A DNA stretch of 63,090 nucleotides, filler included, from Rhabdomonas costata (lineage: Eukaryota), in the NCBI GenBank assembly GCA_019059605.1. It is 44 parts of 44 records of this genome, joined end to end, with 100 filler letters (N's around TTAATTAATTAA, not from the genome) between each part and the next. Parts side by side here need not be neighbours in the genome. Positions count along the whole stretch, not along the records: positions 24,427 to 25,763 come from JAHMHO010018993.1; positions 25,864 to 27,199 come from JAHMHO010018994.1; positions 27,300 to 28,634 come from JAHMHO010018995.1; positions 28,735 to 30,071 come from JAHMHO010018996.1; positions 30,172 to 31,507 come from JAHMHO010018997.1; positions 31,608 to 32,943 come from JAHMHO010018998.1; positions 33,044 to 34,377 come from JAHMHO010018999.1; positions 34,478 to 35,812 come from JAHMHO010019000.1; 36 more parts are not named here. One strand, 5' to 3'. The translations under genes and the position numbers were made by a program. Positions 25,196 through 38,167 of this stretch are shown piece by piece (the first letter of the stretch is position 1; each line of letters begins with the position of its first letter). Below the pieces are notes generated by a model. That model was not told where the DNA came from, searched no databases, and was given only the letters and a program-made list of their open reading frames with translations.

Positions 25196-28100
25196 CTTTG
25201 AGATGCAATAAAAAACAAATGAGCGCCAAAGAAAGTACAGCGCGCCTGGAAGCCAGGAAGCTAAGAAGCTCTTTGAAAAATTCAAAGATCACAAACTGAT
25301 TGACACGGGCTCGTCCTGGGAAAGAGGAAAGGGGTCAGGCAGAGATGATCTTCAAAACTACACACTTTAGAAACTTTCATAAATCCTTGCAATCCTCCAC
25401 TGATGATGGAGACAGTGCAGCGTTGCCACAATACAATATCAGACCACACAATGCTCAGGCAAGCGAACCGGTTTTACAGGCTTTGCCGGCTTTGCTAAAG
25501 TTGCTGGGCTCTTTGAGGCCGCTGGAGCGCCCCGAGCGGCGAACTGGTGACAATGGGCAGCAGCAGGCGTGGTGGATTTGGTTGAAGGCAGGGTCTTCGT
25601 CGCCACAACCTTCTGAGCACCCTGCCCCCGTTCCCCCGATGTATTGTGCACGCATTCATAACGAACGGAGTTCCGCCGTTGAGAAGCAGAGGGAGCAACA
25701 AACATGTTCTAATAACGCAACTGTACCCCATCGGATGCGACTACCAACACACACCAAACACACNNNNNNNNNNNNNNNNNNNNNNNNNNNNNNNNNNNNN
25801 NNNNNNNTTAATTAATTAANNNNNNNNNNNNNNNNNNNNNNNNNNNNNNNNNNNNNNNNNNNNGTTTGGGACTTGTTTTATGTGCTCACGCACTTCTCAC
25901 TCTCCCTCTGCCCCCCGTGAGCCCCTTTCCAGTTACGAAAAGGGTCCGTTTGGGTCCCGTGGTTGCTCTACGGGCGGGCGGGCGGAAAGGTCCTGCAGAC
26001 ACCTTGTTTCTGTTTTCTCTCACTTCTCGTCTCGTAGAAGCTGTGTGTGGAAAACTGAACGCTCAGCCTGAGCCTTTCGGTTTTGGTGGTAATGCGCCTG
26101 CTGTTGTTCTTTCGCTTTTGGAAAGTCTTTGCGCGAAATACGGCAGCGATGGATGAATCTGTTTTTTCCTTCGTTGCTGGTTCCTTAAAACGCTTCTTCG
26201 CGAAAAAAACTAGTGTTCTGTGCTGCCGGTAGGTCCAATTATGTGTGAAGATTGTAAGTGCTCGCGACGGGAATTGTGAAAGGCAATCCGTTGGAAATGG
26301 AAAGCACTGGAAATGGGTTGTCCGCTTCCTGCATTTGGGTGGGGGTGGTGAGGTGACGACGTAAAAAGGCTGTAAGCTTCTGTGCACGGGATGCCGCAAG
26401 CTCGCTCATTTTTCTTTTCTCTAGGCACCTGCGACCAACCTTATCGTATTATGTGGTGCTAGGCTTTTCGGACCGGAGCTGGTTTCCCTGAAGAAGTACG
26501 ATTGGCAGCACGTGGTAGTGGTTGAACCTCTATTCCACCCTTGACACCCTTGAACCGAGAAGGATGCTACTGGGTCCGGCATCTCGCTCCGCCGTGGCTG
26601 CTCTGCTTCGCGGGCACTGCTTTGGCAACCCATTTCTTGGGATCGCCGTGGCGCTGGGCTACTGCAGATCTCTCCCTGGTTCCCGCCTGCTCGCCACCCG
26701 AGCGAGGGTCGCGCCCCGCGCAAGACATGCCTCTCCGCCGCGGTCCCGGAAGGCTCCGGGCGTAGACCCTGAACAGCTGACCTGGCAGTTGCACAGCCTG
26801 GTGCGGATCCCACCGTCGGAGTTGACGGATGAGGACCGAGAGATTCTGGCAGAAACTGTAAAGGTGCTTTGGGGGGGGGGTGACCCTGTGTTTTGTGGGC
26901 ATGCAGCGGGTGGAAAGGGAGGCGGGCGTTGGCTTGGTTTGTGGCACGCATGGGATATGGGATGCAGCAAACCCTGTTCTGGTGCGTTGAGGTGGAACAC
27001 TGAGGTTTCTTGTACGCTGGCAAACCGACTGCCTTGCAGGAGCTCCACCACTCCAATCCATGTCCGCTCCGGGTGTCTCTTCAAACGGCCCACATTAAAG
27101 GTAAGAATTTTCGGCATCCAACTAAAGCAAGAACGCACTAAAGCAGAGAACGTGTAGAACGCACGGGAGCAGATGTCCCATTTTAATGAACCCCAAAACN
27201 NNNNNNNNNNNNNNNNNNNNNNNNNNNNNNNNNNNNNNNNNNNTTAATTAATTAANNNNNNNNNNNNNNNNNNNNNNNNNNNNNNNNNNNNNNNNNNNNT
27301 CGCGCAGTAAAAGCAGGCTCTGCACCGGCTGTCGCGCGGAAAAAATGGGGCGACGAGCGGCGTTTGGGTTAGCCACTGTTTTTAGGGATGTTTCTCTTTC
27401 TTCGCTATTTCCTCATAAAAGTGGAACCTATGTGGTGGGGAACTTGGGGGTTGTGGGTTGCTTCGCCCAAGGTGTCCCGCCACTTTCTTGGGAGCAAACC
27501 TGATATGAACGGCCAGGACTGCACGACAAGATGGGTACGAACAGCCCGTACCAGAAGGCAAGCGCCGCCGGTCAACGGGTCCATGCGGTCTTTTTTTGGG
27601 CAAATCTTGTCTAAGAAAAGGACATCCCGTGAAAATTGTCCCCTTGTACCAACAATTTTGGGGAAACACCCCTTCAAACGTGCAAAGAACCGCGCACACT
27701 TCTGACAATGGCGGTTTTTTTGGCGGAAATTGACGCTGAAGGTGTTGGGGACACCACTTTTGTGGCAACCGCGAGCCGCCTCGCCGTATTGATGCGCACT
27801 CATGCTGGGGGATACTTTCGCCGCGGGGGATTTTTTGAGCAGTTCAAAAAGCTAGGGCGCGGCCACGAGCAAGCGGAAAAGACGGTGCACAAAAGGACGG
27901 CGAACAAAAAAAACGACCGGAAAAGCAAGCAAACAAACAAAGAAAAAGAATGCAAGCGGTGTGGGTCGGAAAAGGTGTGGGGGCGGTGAACGATCCTCCT
28001 CCCAACCATTTTGATGGAACTCGGAATTGGAATGAAGAGAAGCTGGGCAAAAGCCCGGGTACAAGGGCGATGACAACAAAAACCGGAAACAGGAAATTCC

Positions 28101-29899
28101 CCGATGGAAAATAGGCAGCAAGAACCCGGAAGCCGCGAGGGAAGACTCCGACACTCCCACGGTTGAAGGGTACAGGTTGCAGTGCCCGCTGTTTTGCTAG
28201 CGTGTGATAATCGTTGCTAAACGTGTTGAAGTGATTTTTTGATTCCAGAGACTGTTCTTTTCGACGTCTTCAATTCCCTTCATCACATAGGGTTGTCCGC
28301 TTGCACCCAGCCAATGCAGAGCGATCCTCACGAGCGGCTGAGAGGCAGCTGCCACGCGCAAACCCCTTGCCCCCGACTCAGGCAGATTTCAGTACTGGTG
28401 TCACATAAAGCTCTCAACCTGGAAACCGGAAAGACATCACAAACGGCAATTTGCGTAATCATCGAACAAGTTCTTCCTGCCAGGCACTGATGAAAAAGTC
28501 AGCACAAGGACCATAGGCATGCAAAAAAAAAGAAAGTTTATCCAAAATACGTGCATGAAAATAAGCTGAGCACATGAGCGTTAACCAGGCACACCGAAAA
28601 AAGCGAATGCCCGAACACACCGACCCACCACACANNNNNNNNNNNNNNNNNNNNNNNNNNNNNNNNNNNNNNNNNNNNTTAATTAATTAANNNNNNNNNN
28701 NNNNNNNNNNNNNNNNNNNNNNNNNNNNNNNNNNTTTTTGGTGGGTTCTGTATACTCGCTCACAACCTGAACCTGTCATTGCATATTTGCGCGAAAAAGG
28801 TTTCCCAAGGACCTATGGTCCTCTGCCCATCAGTTGAGAGGGGATTCGCGCACCCCTAGTATCGTTCAGGAAGTGAAAGTAAGACCTCAGCAATAGCAAT
28901 GCCTCGCACACGATCTGTGTGTGTAGGTAGCTGGAGACGACTCCTATCAGACTGGACTTTTGTTCCTGAGGCACTGCCATTGGAGCCGAGGGACTGAGTG
29001 TGGAAACTCGAAAGCAATCACACACTTCAGAAAGTGGAACGTTTGTTCCCAAAGGGTCACTCCCACCCGTTTTCATTGTCCACCGCATGAGTCGCACTCT
29101 CCCAAGTGAGCGTGTACGTGTTTCTTAGGGAGGGAGGGTGTTCCGCGATTATAATGCGCCAGAGAAGTTTTCCATGAATCTTCGCCCAACAAAAGTGGAA
29201 GGGTTGTCATTCCCTCATAGCGGCATCCGCGGAGGCGGGGGAAAACGCTCATGTGAAGGAGAGCGCGAAACAACTTGATTTGTTTTGTTTGTATGTGTGT
29301 TTTGCACTCCCTCGCAGCCGCTCCTGCTCTCCACGGCGGGCGGGTGTAGAAGGCTCCCCTGACGTGAGACACACTCCCCAGGCGGTACGCTGTGGCCCTC
29401 GCTGAGTGCGTTTTGTTTGACTGCGATATGGGTCTCTCTCTCTTTCCCTTGTATATGGATGGGCTTGAACTCGCATAGTTTTCTTCTCTCTTGTATACCC
29501 AGGCGTCGGAAAAAACACTGCGGCGTTGGCTCCCTATCGTGTGCCGACTTTGGCGCTGCGCCGGTCGACCTGAGGCTGTCCTCCCCTGTTAGCTCAAGTC
29601 AGACTCCAAGCTCAGACTGGTTTTCGTAAACATCGCTAGGTCTCCGGTGAAACCTCAACGAGGGTTTTGGATCGGGTAAGCGGGTTGGGCTTGTTGTTCA
29701 TGAGTTCACGAGAGACCTTTCCTCTCAGTTTTGCAGTTTATAGCCGTAATTACAGTCTACGAGGTGTCAGTTCCAGCGCATCACGATTAGTCTCGGGCAA
29801 ATTTATCGTGAAGTTCGCTGTTAAGCAAGCTTTCGCTGGGTTTCTCCCTCGTTTGTGCCCCAGTATGCCTGTCTGATATTGCTTCGTTTCTGTGACAGC

Positions 29900-30027
29900 C
29901 CCGGAGCGTTCCTCCGTGGAGCTACTGCAACGTGGTGAAGCCCGTGGACACCCCGATGTACGACCACTGCCCCCTGGAGTACCACCCCACGTTTGAGAAC
30001 CTCCATCGCAACGACAAGATTACCAAG
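29900..30027 (+). CDS. Exon of hypothetical protein
   Basis: gacag|PRSVPPWSYCNVVKPVDTPMYDHCPLEYHPTFENLHRNDKITK; very strong GC3 bias. Confidence 0.5.
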
Positions 30028-30455
30028 GCCCACACCCCGGGCAGGCCCATCTGGTCCGCGTGTCTGTCTGTNNNNNNNNNNNNNNNNNNNNNNNNNNNNN
30101 NNNNNNNNNNNNNNNTTAATTAATTAANNNNNNNNNNNNNNNNNNNNNNNNNNNNNNNNNNNNNNNNNNNNTTGGGGGACGCAAGGAAGTTCATACCACT
30201 CGTACTCTTTTTCAAATGCAAACCATTCCTTTTGAAAAAGAGTACGAGTGGTATGAACTTCCTTGCGTCCCTCAACTGCCAATTTTACAATTCTATAACG
30301 GGCTGCCCGAGGGTAGCAATGCTTGCCACAACACTGCCAAAGGGGTATATGGGACCGACGAGATAGATCGAGAGAGGTGGTGGCCTCGAAGGAAAAGGAG
30401 GCAGCATGCACTTCGTGACTCGCGTGCAGCAGGGACAGTGGAGGTAGTTCTGGGC

Positions 30456-30629
30456 CTTGGCCAGTGTGAGCTGGGCCAGCACCTCCTCCATGCTCTGCCC
30501 CGGGGCCTCGGTGCCCTCCAGCGGGGCCTTGACCTGCTTCTTGTCCAGCCCACTGCCGTACTTCTCCGTGTTCGAGATCTGCACCCCAGGGGGCTTCGCC
30601 TTCGCCAGCTCCGCTCGCAGCGCATCGAC
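30456..30629 (-). CDS. Exon of hypothetical coiled-coil protein
   Basis: cttcag|VDALRAELAKAKPPGVQISNTEKYGSGLDKKQVKAPLEGTEAPGQSMEEVLAQLTLAK; GC3-rich. Confidence 0.5.
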
Positions 30630-31607
30630 CTGAAGCCGCCGAAGAGATACCATCGCAAGGAAGGAGCAGATGAGAAGAGGATGGCCATAGATGCGCCTTT
30701 TCAAGAAAACCCATTGAAAGAAGAGTGCGTCGAAGTTCCTGAGTGGACTAAACCGTGGAATCGGTATGAACGGATTAGTATGGGGAACAAAACGAGAGAC
30801 AAACCGAGTCAGTCAAAGGTACCTCTCCAAGAAAACAAACCTCAGCGGTGGCCGCATCGAGTTTCACACGACCTTCCACAAGAAGGCCGCTCAGCTCCTC
30901 GATCTGTGTCATCCGCAGCTCCCCATTTTCCCCCAAATTCTTCATTACCCATCGATCATTCGCAAGGATCCATGCGAATTTTGAAAAACCTGCCTGCCAC
31001 AATTTACGTCGGTAAAGAAGCACACTCTAAGGACTGAGGACAAGGCAGTGGATAAGCAATCGTGGACGAAAACATTGCACCAAAACAATATTTCTTCCTA
31101 TTTAATGACTGGATCGAAAATTTAAAGATATGATGGGGGAACCGTTCTTAGCTTAGCATGGCGGCTAATGGCAAGCAGCTAAAGCGGACTATAGCCTTTT
31201 GGAAAAAACTGTCATGCAAAAAACCGCATGTGTGCCTTGACTTACCATTAGTTTCGCACTCCCCACCCCACAATTGATCACAATTAACTTTTTCCGCTTT
31301 GGTTCCATATTTTCAATCCATCTAACTCACCTGCGGCACCCCTTCACACTTTATTTCTCCACCCTTCCCTTCCCCAAAGAGTCATTATGAAATAAGACTT
31401 CCAACATCACTCCACAATCCTCCCACTATTTGACACACCCACGAAAACATACACACTCACGCACTAACTCAAAGTATACATAATAGGGTTGTCCAACCCC
31501 ACACACCNNNNNNNNNNNNNNNNNNNNNNNNNNNNNNNNNNNNNNNNNNNNTTAATTAATTAANNNNNNNNNNNNNNNNNNNNNNNNNNNNNNNNNNNNN
31601 NNNNNNN

Positions 31608-32485
31608 GTGGTGAGGTGTTGGGTGAACATGTCTTCCACGGAGGCTGGCTTGAGCAGCTTGCCATCGTTGGCAAGTAGCGAGTGTAACACCTTCAGGTAG
31701 TCCACCCCGGTCATGAACAAGCCATGCCCGCCAAAGTGCCCCTGGGCTCGTTTGTTCATCTCCCCGCCTCCCCCAAGCACGGCGCGGCCGAGGGCTTCGG
31801 GGTCGCTGGGGTTGAGGTCCACCATGCGAGCGCGCAGGTCTTCCCGGGTGACGGGGTAAAACTGAGCATCGATGATACCCAAGGGGGAGAACATCCGCTG
31901 CTGCATCCGGTCCCCAAGCGAGGACCCAGTGACCCGCTCCACAAGGCGGCCCGCCCAGTCCACCCCAGGGCCGTACATCCAGCTGCTCCCGGGGTGGAAG
32001 GCCAGCGGGTAGCGGAAGGCCACCTCCACCGGCCGTCGCTGACCTTCCTGCACAGGGTCGAACTTCTGCCGCCACCGTGCCACCATAGGCACCATGAAGT
32101 CGTAGCTCAGCCCAGAGCTATGCGTCAGCAGCATCTCCAGGGTGATGGGGCGGGCGGCTGGCTCCAGCACAGGGGTTTCTCCGTCCTCGGAGAAGCCGGT
32201 GATGACCTGTCGTGAGGCCAGCTCGGGCGCGATGGAGGAGAGGTCTCCGGTTATGCTCAGCAGGTCGTCTTCCACGCACTGCAGGGCGGCTATCGTGGTG
32301 ATCAGCTTGGTAGCCGAAGCCAAGTAGAGCACGTCGTCCAGCCGCTGTGGACACCTCTCCCCAAAGAGCAGCGTGCGCTGCCCAAGGGCTGAGTTGTATA
32401 GAAAATCGCCCTTTGTGTCGCAGGCACACAGCACCGCGCCATTGATCTTTCCACTGTCAATGGCGGCTTGGAACTCCGTTTCCAT
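31608..32485 (-). CDS. Beta-lactamase-family serine hydrolase (LovD/EstB-like), intronless, 3' partial
   Basis: METEFQAAIDSG...LASATKLIT (SxxK), ITLEMLLTHSSG, PLAFHPGSSWMYGPGVDWAGRLVERVTG, FGGHGLF. Confidence 0.95.
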
Positions 32486-34969
32486 TCGAACAGAGGACAC
32501 TGTGGCGACTAGTGAGAACGGAGTCGCAGGCTGTCCGAGGGAAAGACCAAAAATAAAAGACAACTACCCAGGCATGCAGTTACGTCTCGCAGTTTTCCAC
32601 GAACCTCAGATTTGGTCTTGAATGTTGCGATGGAAGGGCACTAGGCAGGCAACCCCATTGCACTATTCGGCTTTGAGGGCAATGCCTGGTTCATAAACAA
32701 TCAACAGAAATCAGATGAGTCGCCATATGAGGGTTCCATGAGAAGTCGCCTCTACTCAGGGAACAGCTTACAGACCTTGCAGGTCAAATATAATGCGAAC
32801 AGTGCAGTTCTTTTCGGAGTTAAGTTTGTGCTCACTGCAGAGCTGTGAAGTACAGCAAAGGAAAAGATGAAAAGATGAAAAGGAAAAGATGCAATCCAAA
32901 CCCAGTCCTTCACAGCCCGTCAAGCATAGCAAGAAACCACAAANNNNNNNNNNNNNNNNNNNNNNNNNNNNNNNNNNNNNNNNNNNNTTAATTAATTAAN
33001 NNNNNNNNNNNNNNNNNNNNNNNNNNNNNNNNNNNNNNNNNNNGGTTGTGGGGAGGCTCAGGTATTTCCCTTCCTACCGTCTCACGAAAACACGAAAATC
33101 GGAAAACGAGAAATGATAGGAAGGGAAATACCTGAGCCTCCCCATAGGTCTGCACCGAGGCGTTCTGTGCCTGCCGCACCTTCCGAAGAAACGGAAGCAG
33201 CAGCAGCTTCACTCGCTCTTGCATCTGCTGCTCTTCTGCTGCCGTGCAGTTCGCGGAGGAGTTGTTGGTGGAGGAGCACGGCTGCGGCGGAGGCGGCAAA
33301 GGTGAAGGAAGGTGAAGGCGAGGCCCCGGAGGGCGGCACGGAGTCCGCTGTGGCAGAGCCAGTATCCACAACCACTTTCACGGAAGCGGAGCTCGTGGCG
33401 GCGGTCGAGGGAGTGGAGGCGATGGAGGGGGCTGCTGTGGGAGCCTGCTGCAGCGGCTTGGACAGAGCGGCGAGGAAGTGGTGGGTGCCGATGTGGGCCT
33501 CAAAGAGGCGGCCCTTGGCGAAGCTCTGCGTCTGGGCATCCCACTGGTAAGCTGTTACTCGGGAAGCTGCACAAAAACATGTTTAGAGATGAATTTCAGC
33601 CAACGGTATCGAATAGTTATAAAAGACTGTTTGTGTTTTATGAGAGTGGATTCAACGAGGTGGTTCGTATCCGGCTGTTTAAGAGGCAAGTACAAGAGAA
33701 GACCCATACACGCGCGTATGTTTGCGTATCCATATAGAATGCAGAGAGACAGAGAGTGCAAGCCTTGGCTTCCAACTTGAAGCTTGTAGGTGAGCTTCAC
33801 AAGAGATGCCGCCAGCGGATCGGTTCCCGGAGTGCCGACGGGAGCAGGAGAGGGCGGGGCCGGGGAGGTGGGCTCCCGTCTTCCAAGCAACGCCACCAGC
33901 CCAAACAGTCCCACGGCGACCATGACCGCTGTGAGCTGGCGAGAGACCGCAGTAGGCTGCTTCCTGGATCGGCTTGGAGCTGATGGTAAGAGTGTGCGAG
34001 ATGCGGGAAGAGTGGCCAGGCACCCACCATTATCAAAAGAGGCGGTTATCACTGTAAAAGGCGTCGGCGACAATATGAAGGCAAGGGCACACCGAAAGAA
34101 GATGTCGCGCTGGTGCCCTGTGGGTCGACAGCACCGTAGTAAACACCAATCGTCATTTTCGGGTGAGAAAGAATAATATCTAGAAAAATAGCACACGACG
34201 AGTGTTACGTCGACTGCCCTGTCCAACAGGTCGGCTAAATTCTCACACCAATTACTGGGCATGGCATAAGCTGCTTCCTTCCCCGGCGAGAACACAATAA
34301 ATCGAATTCCTTTTTTCTTTCGAAAGAAAACGTTGAAACGCCGCATTGAAACACCAGTAACTGGTTCCACACACCCCNNNNNNNNNNNNNNNNNNNNNNN
34401 NNNNNNNNNNNNNNNNNNNNNTTAATTAATTAANNNNNNNNNNNNNNNNNNNNNNNNNNNNNNNNNNNNNNNNNNNNCTGCCGTTGACAGCTATCATTGA
34501 GTCTTGGGCATAGACTCTGCAGCGGAGGGTAGGGGACAATAATCGCTTTCCAAATCACCAAGCAAACAACAGCGAAGATGAGCCCATTCCCCATTCCCCA
34601 CGGAATCAGAGGCGTGAAGTTATCAAGGATCCCCATAGCACCATAAAACCTGCACTGGATGTGATGGACATGGGTTTGTACGTGTACTACTCATCGATTC
34701 CAGTTCATTTGAGAACCGCAATCGTACTCGCAATCGTTCCTGCAAAGTCTCTCGGTGCTCCTGAGCCACACGGTGGCTCTTGAAAAATGGGGACACCTGT
34801 GAATGCCCCATTGGTGCATGACATACGAGGCAGTGCTAAGCGCTAAGCAGGTTACACAAGTTGTCACTTGAGTGAAAAAACGACCATGATGTGTCTGAAC
34901 CGTGTATTCATTCTGCACATGGTTTTTCCTCAACCCCCCAAGTCATCCATTCACACAAGTTTCACATAC

Positions 34970-35764
34970 GAAGTAGAGCTGGCTGCGGTGTGGTAGGCGG
35001 AGAAGGGCATGCTCACGCGAATTCCGACCCTTTGGCCGGGGGCCAGTGTCAGGCTTGGCGTGAAGGGAAGGGAGAACTTATAGAAGCCCCGACTCAGCAC
35101 CGCGTTGGGAAGGCCCGCTGCGCGGAGAAAGGATCCAGAGCTCCAACCCCCTCGCCCCATCACTCCTCATCACATCATCACATCATCACAGTTAGGGATG
35201 GAGTAGGACGCAATGATCTTGAACCGATTGTCAAATCCAACAACTCAAACATGTGTGCGTGTGTGACTGGGGCTGCGCTGCGCGCTGTTCAGCGCTGTAG
35301 GTCCTTTATTCTGATCCAGTATAAATGCTCGAAAAACCAGGGTCGAAGCACCGCCAAAGGGAAACTGAGGCATTTTACTGGGTTTTAATGTCTTAGAGAT
35401 TCCTTCTCTGTGAACGGCTTTTGGAAACCTTGGTAAGTCAAGATGATAGATGAGTGAAATTAACGTCCATGGTAATATTAACAAGAACTTTGCCCCTCCC
35501 CCTCCCCCAGTGAAAGATCCCAAGGGATCCTCCCGAAAAGGGTGTACCCTGGATCTCCGTGGCGCCGGAGTAGACCCCACCAGGCCGGTAGGCCACAATC
35601 GGTCCGTATTCAAAGGTCTCCCGTCCCAGCTGCAACGTCATCCCGGACAGGGTAACGGCCTGCACCGCGGTGATGTCCATGTAGAAGTCCCCCAGCTCAT
35701 TCGTAACGCCGTCAGAGTTCAGGCTCAGTGTGCGCTCTGCGTGGGCCACCCAGTCACTCGTCAC
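34970..35764 (-). CDS. Hypothetical beta-rich protein, 2 exons (35764-35548, 35150-34970)
   Basis: GC3-rich frames join in phase 1 through GT-AG: ...DFYMDITAVQAVTLSGMTLQL...YRPGGVYSGATEIQG-GWSSG...FTPSLTLAPGQRVGIRV. Confidence 0.55.
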
Positions 35765-35922
35765 TTGTTTATCTCGACCCCGAGAGAGAGAGAAGAAAAG
35801 AAAGGCACGGTGNNNNNNNNNNNNNNNNNNNNNNNNNNNNNNNNNNNNNNNNNNNNTTAATTAATTAANNNNNNNNNNNNNNNNNNNNNNNNNNNNNNNN
35901 NNNNNNNNNNNNTTTGTTTGGT

Positions 35923-36882
35923 AGGAAGACCGTCCCGATCATGGCGAAGAGGTCGGAGTGGTACACTGAGGAGTTGTTCGGGTCATCGTGTGCGGCAGCG
36001 GGAGAAACCACCCAGGAGCAGGCCAGTCCAAAGTAAGCCCCAAACATGCTGTGAAAGACAAAACATACACCACCATACCGGATGAGCCCACTCACCCGCC
36101 AATCCTGGCGATTACTTGTGGTCCATCATTAGAAAGAATGACACAGCTGACGCTGAAGAACACCATGTATACTTATCCACTTATTCACATAGGTGTCATC
36201 CTCCAGGATGAACTTCTTCAAGCCAACTCTGCGATTCGTCCATGTTGCGCTTTGAAGTAATTGCGGCTTGAAAGCATGATTGGCTCAACACCTGTCATTT
36301 CACATCGTCTGGAAGCTGTCTGGAGGTCAACACAGCGATATGAAGTTGAATAAACGAATGGTGCACCAGAGAGACCGGCAGTTTGCCTTTTCCTTAGAGT
36401 CGTACACTCTGAGAACATGGACAGCGCGCATTCAAGAGCCTGTGCTACCGAGAACAAAGTATTAGAAAAAAAGTGCTGTCAATTGATTGTTTGATGTGCA
36501 TTCCACAACATCGCAGCGTAGTATCATCAAGTCTGTGAATCCTGTTCTTCCTCCCTCCCTGTCCATCTATTCGACAGAACAAAACGCCCGTCTCTCTCAC
36601 GAGGTGACGGAAGATAACATCTCTCTAGACTAGATGAGAGAGCCAACTGCGGGGGGGGGGATCTTGACACACGATCTTCAGCTCGCTAACATGCACCATA
36701 AAAACGATGCACAAGTTCGGGGCAACGGTCGATAGGAGGCACGGGGACGAGGGGGACATACTGGATCACCATTGTCCCCCCAATGTCGGTCACCTTCAGC
36801 TTCAGGGAGATCTCTTCGTTGATAGAGTACAGCATGACCTCAACGATGGTGATGATGAGTAACTGCAAATGGCTGACCTTGC
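35923..36882 (-). CDS. Rh-type ammonium transporter (Rh50/Rhp), 2 exons, partial
   Basis: Exons 36882-36762 and 36048-~35923 splice CA|C to restore the conserved His: GKVSHLQLLII...DIGGTMVIHMFGAYFGLA...SVYHSDLFAMIGTVFL. Confidence 0.93.
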
Positions 36883-37384
36883 CTGCGCAGCACGGGTTGC
36901 AAAGTTGGGGCACGGCCCTCTTACCGAAACCCCGAAACTCAGGTGATGAACAGGTGATGGTTAGTTTCTTCGACTGGATCAAAAGGTTCATTGATAAACA
37001 CCCGCTCGCGCCAAGCTAACGACGTAACAACGTAAGTCCCAATATCCCAATTATCAGTGCCCCCCCCTCAATGCACGACAAATATGAATTTAGAGTATTG
37101 AAAGTGGGGCTTAAGCCGAATCACAGGAAACGGCTGCGCGCTGGTCCTTGCACCCCAGGCCAGTCACTTCCATTTTTGGCGGCTCATATATATACTGTAC
37201 AATCGTGTGCCGCTTCTTGCCCGCTGCAGCCGGAGGGTTTGACGGGGGNNNNNNNNNNNNNNNNNNNNNNNNNNNNNNNNNNNNNNNNNNNNTTAATTAA
37301 TTAANNNNNNNNNNNNNNNNNNNNNNNNNNNNNNNNNNNNNNNNNNNNTGGTTGGAGGCCTCTGGGGAGGTCCACGTGCTCTTT

Positions 37385-38167
37385 CGGTACAGCCCGGGCT
37401 TGTCCAGGAAGAGCACGTGGACCTCCCCAGAGGCCTCCTGCCGCCACCTGACCACAACCCACCCCCACGGCATAAACATATACGCATGGGCTTCTTCTCA
37501 TACATGCCAATTGTACAATTATCAATTTTATTTTATTTTTTTTGTGTCTGTGTGTGGGGGGGGGGCGTTAGACGATTGACGGCGTCAATCATTTTCAGAC
37601 TTTGTGGATCGATTGGGTCAAAACTATTGTAGGGGAGTAGGCCAGCGCCCGCGGCGCGGCCCGAGAGGACAGATGAGGCAGGAACCGCAAACACCGCAAT
37701 ACAAAGGGGACATGTGGGGGAGGGGATCAGGTAAAATTTGAACAGTCCCCAGACAAAAGGAAACCCATTATTCACATTTTGCATATAGTCTGTTTGCTTC
37801 CCACTCTCCGCCTGACAAAGCAAGCCGCAAGACAAGCGAGCTTGCGACATGTCCACTGAAGGCTGTTGCTACTGGTGAAGACCTCGGGCATTGCGTTCGG
37901 AGAGGCAGTCATTGCATCATAGATTGAAACCATAGATCCGCCCCCACCCGACCACAACACAAAAACTTGCAAGGTTCCCCCTAACAACCTGAACTCGGCC
38001 ACCACCTCGTGCTCGGCGTGACGGGTCATCGCCTCAAAGATGGCCTCGGTGGAGCACCCTTTCTGCGGCAGCTTCTCCACACTGTGGGTGGAGGTCTGGT
38101 AGGTGAACCAGCTGTGCGCGACGAAGTGCTCATAGATGACGGTGTCCGGGAACGGCAGCAGCGAATC
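37385..38167 (-). CDS. Conserved-looking hypothetical protein, 2 exons (38167-37989, 37447-~37385)
   Basis: FPDTVIYEHFVAHSWFTY...EVVAEF(R)WRQEASGEVHVLFLDKPGLY; phase-compatible GT-AG junction, strong GC3. Confidence 0.6.

Noticed and set aside
27636-27989. ORF ending in a basic tract and CKRCG (gag or zinc-knuckle-like)
   Set aside because: Incomplete knuckle and no other retroelement motif in the contig
30176-30271. 41-bp perfect inverted repeat
   Set aside because: Begins at the contig edge; fold-back artefact
32548-32572. Second SL-like tract (ttgtcttttatttttgg) upstream of the serine hydrolase
   Set aside because: Several mismatches in a T-rich tract; adequately explained as a polypyrimidine tract
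33049-33144. 28-bp inverted repeat
   Set aside because: Terminal, and duplicates adjacent probable exon/intron sequence; artefact
37354-37438. 30-bp inverted repeat
   Set aside because: Terminal, and it truncates a coding exon by copying it; artefact
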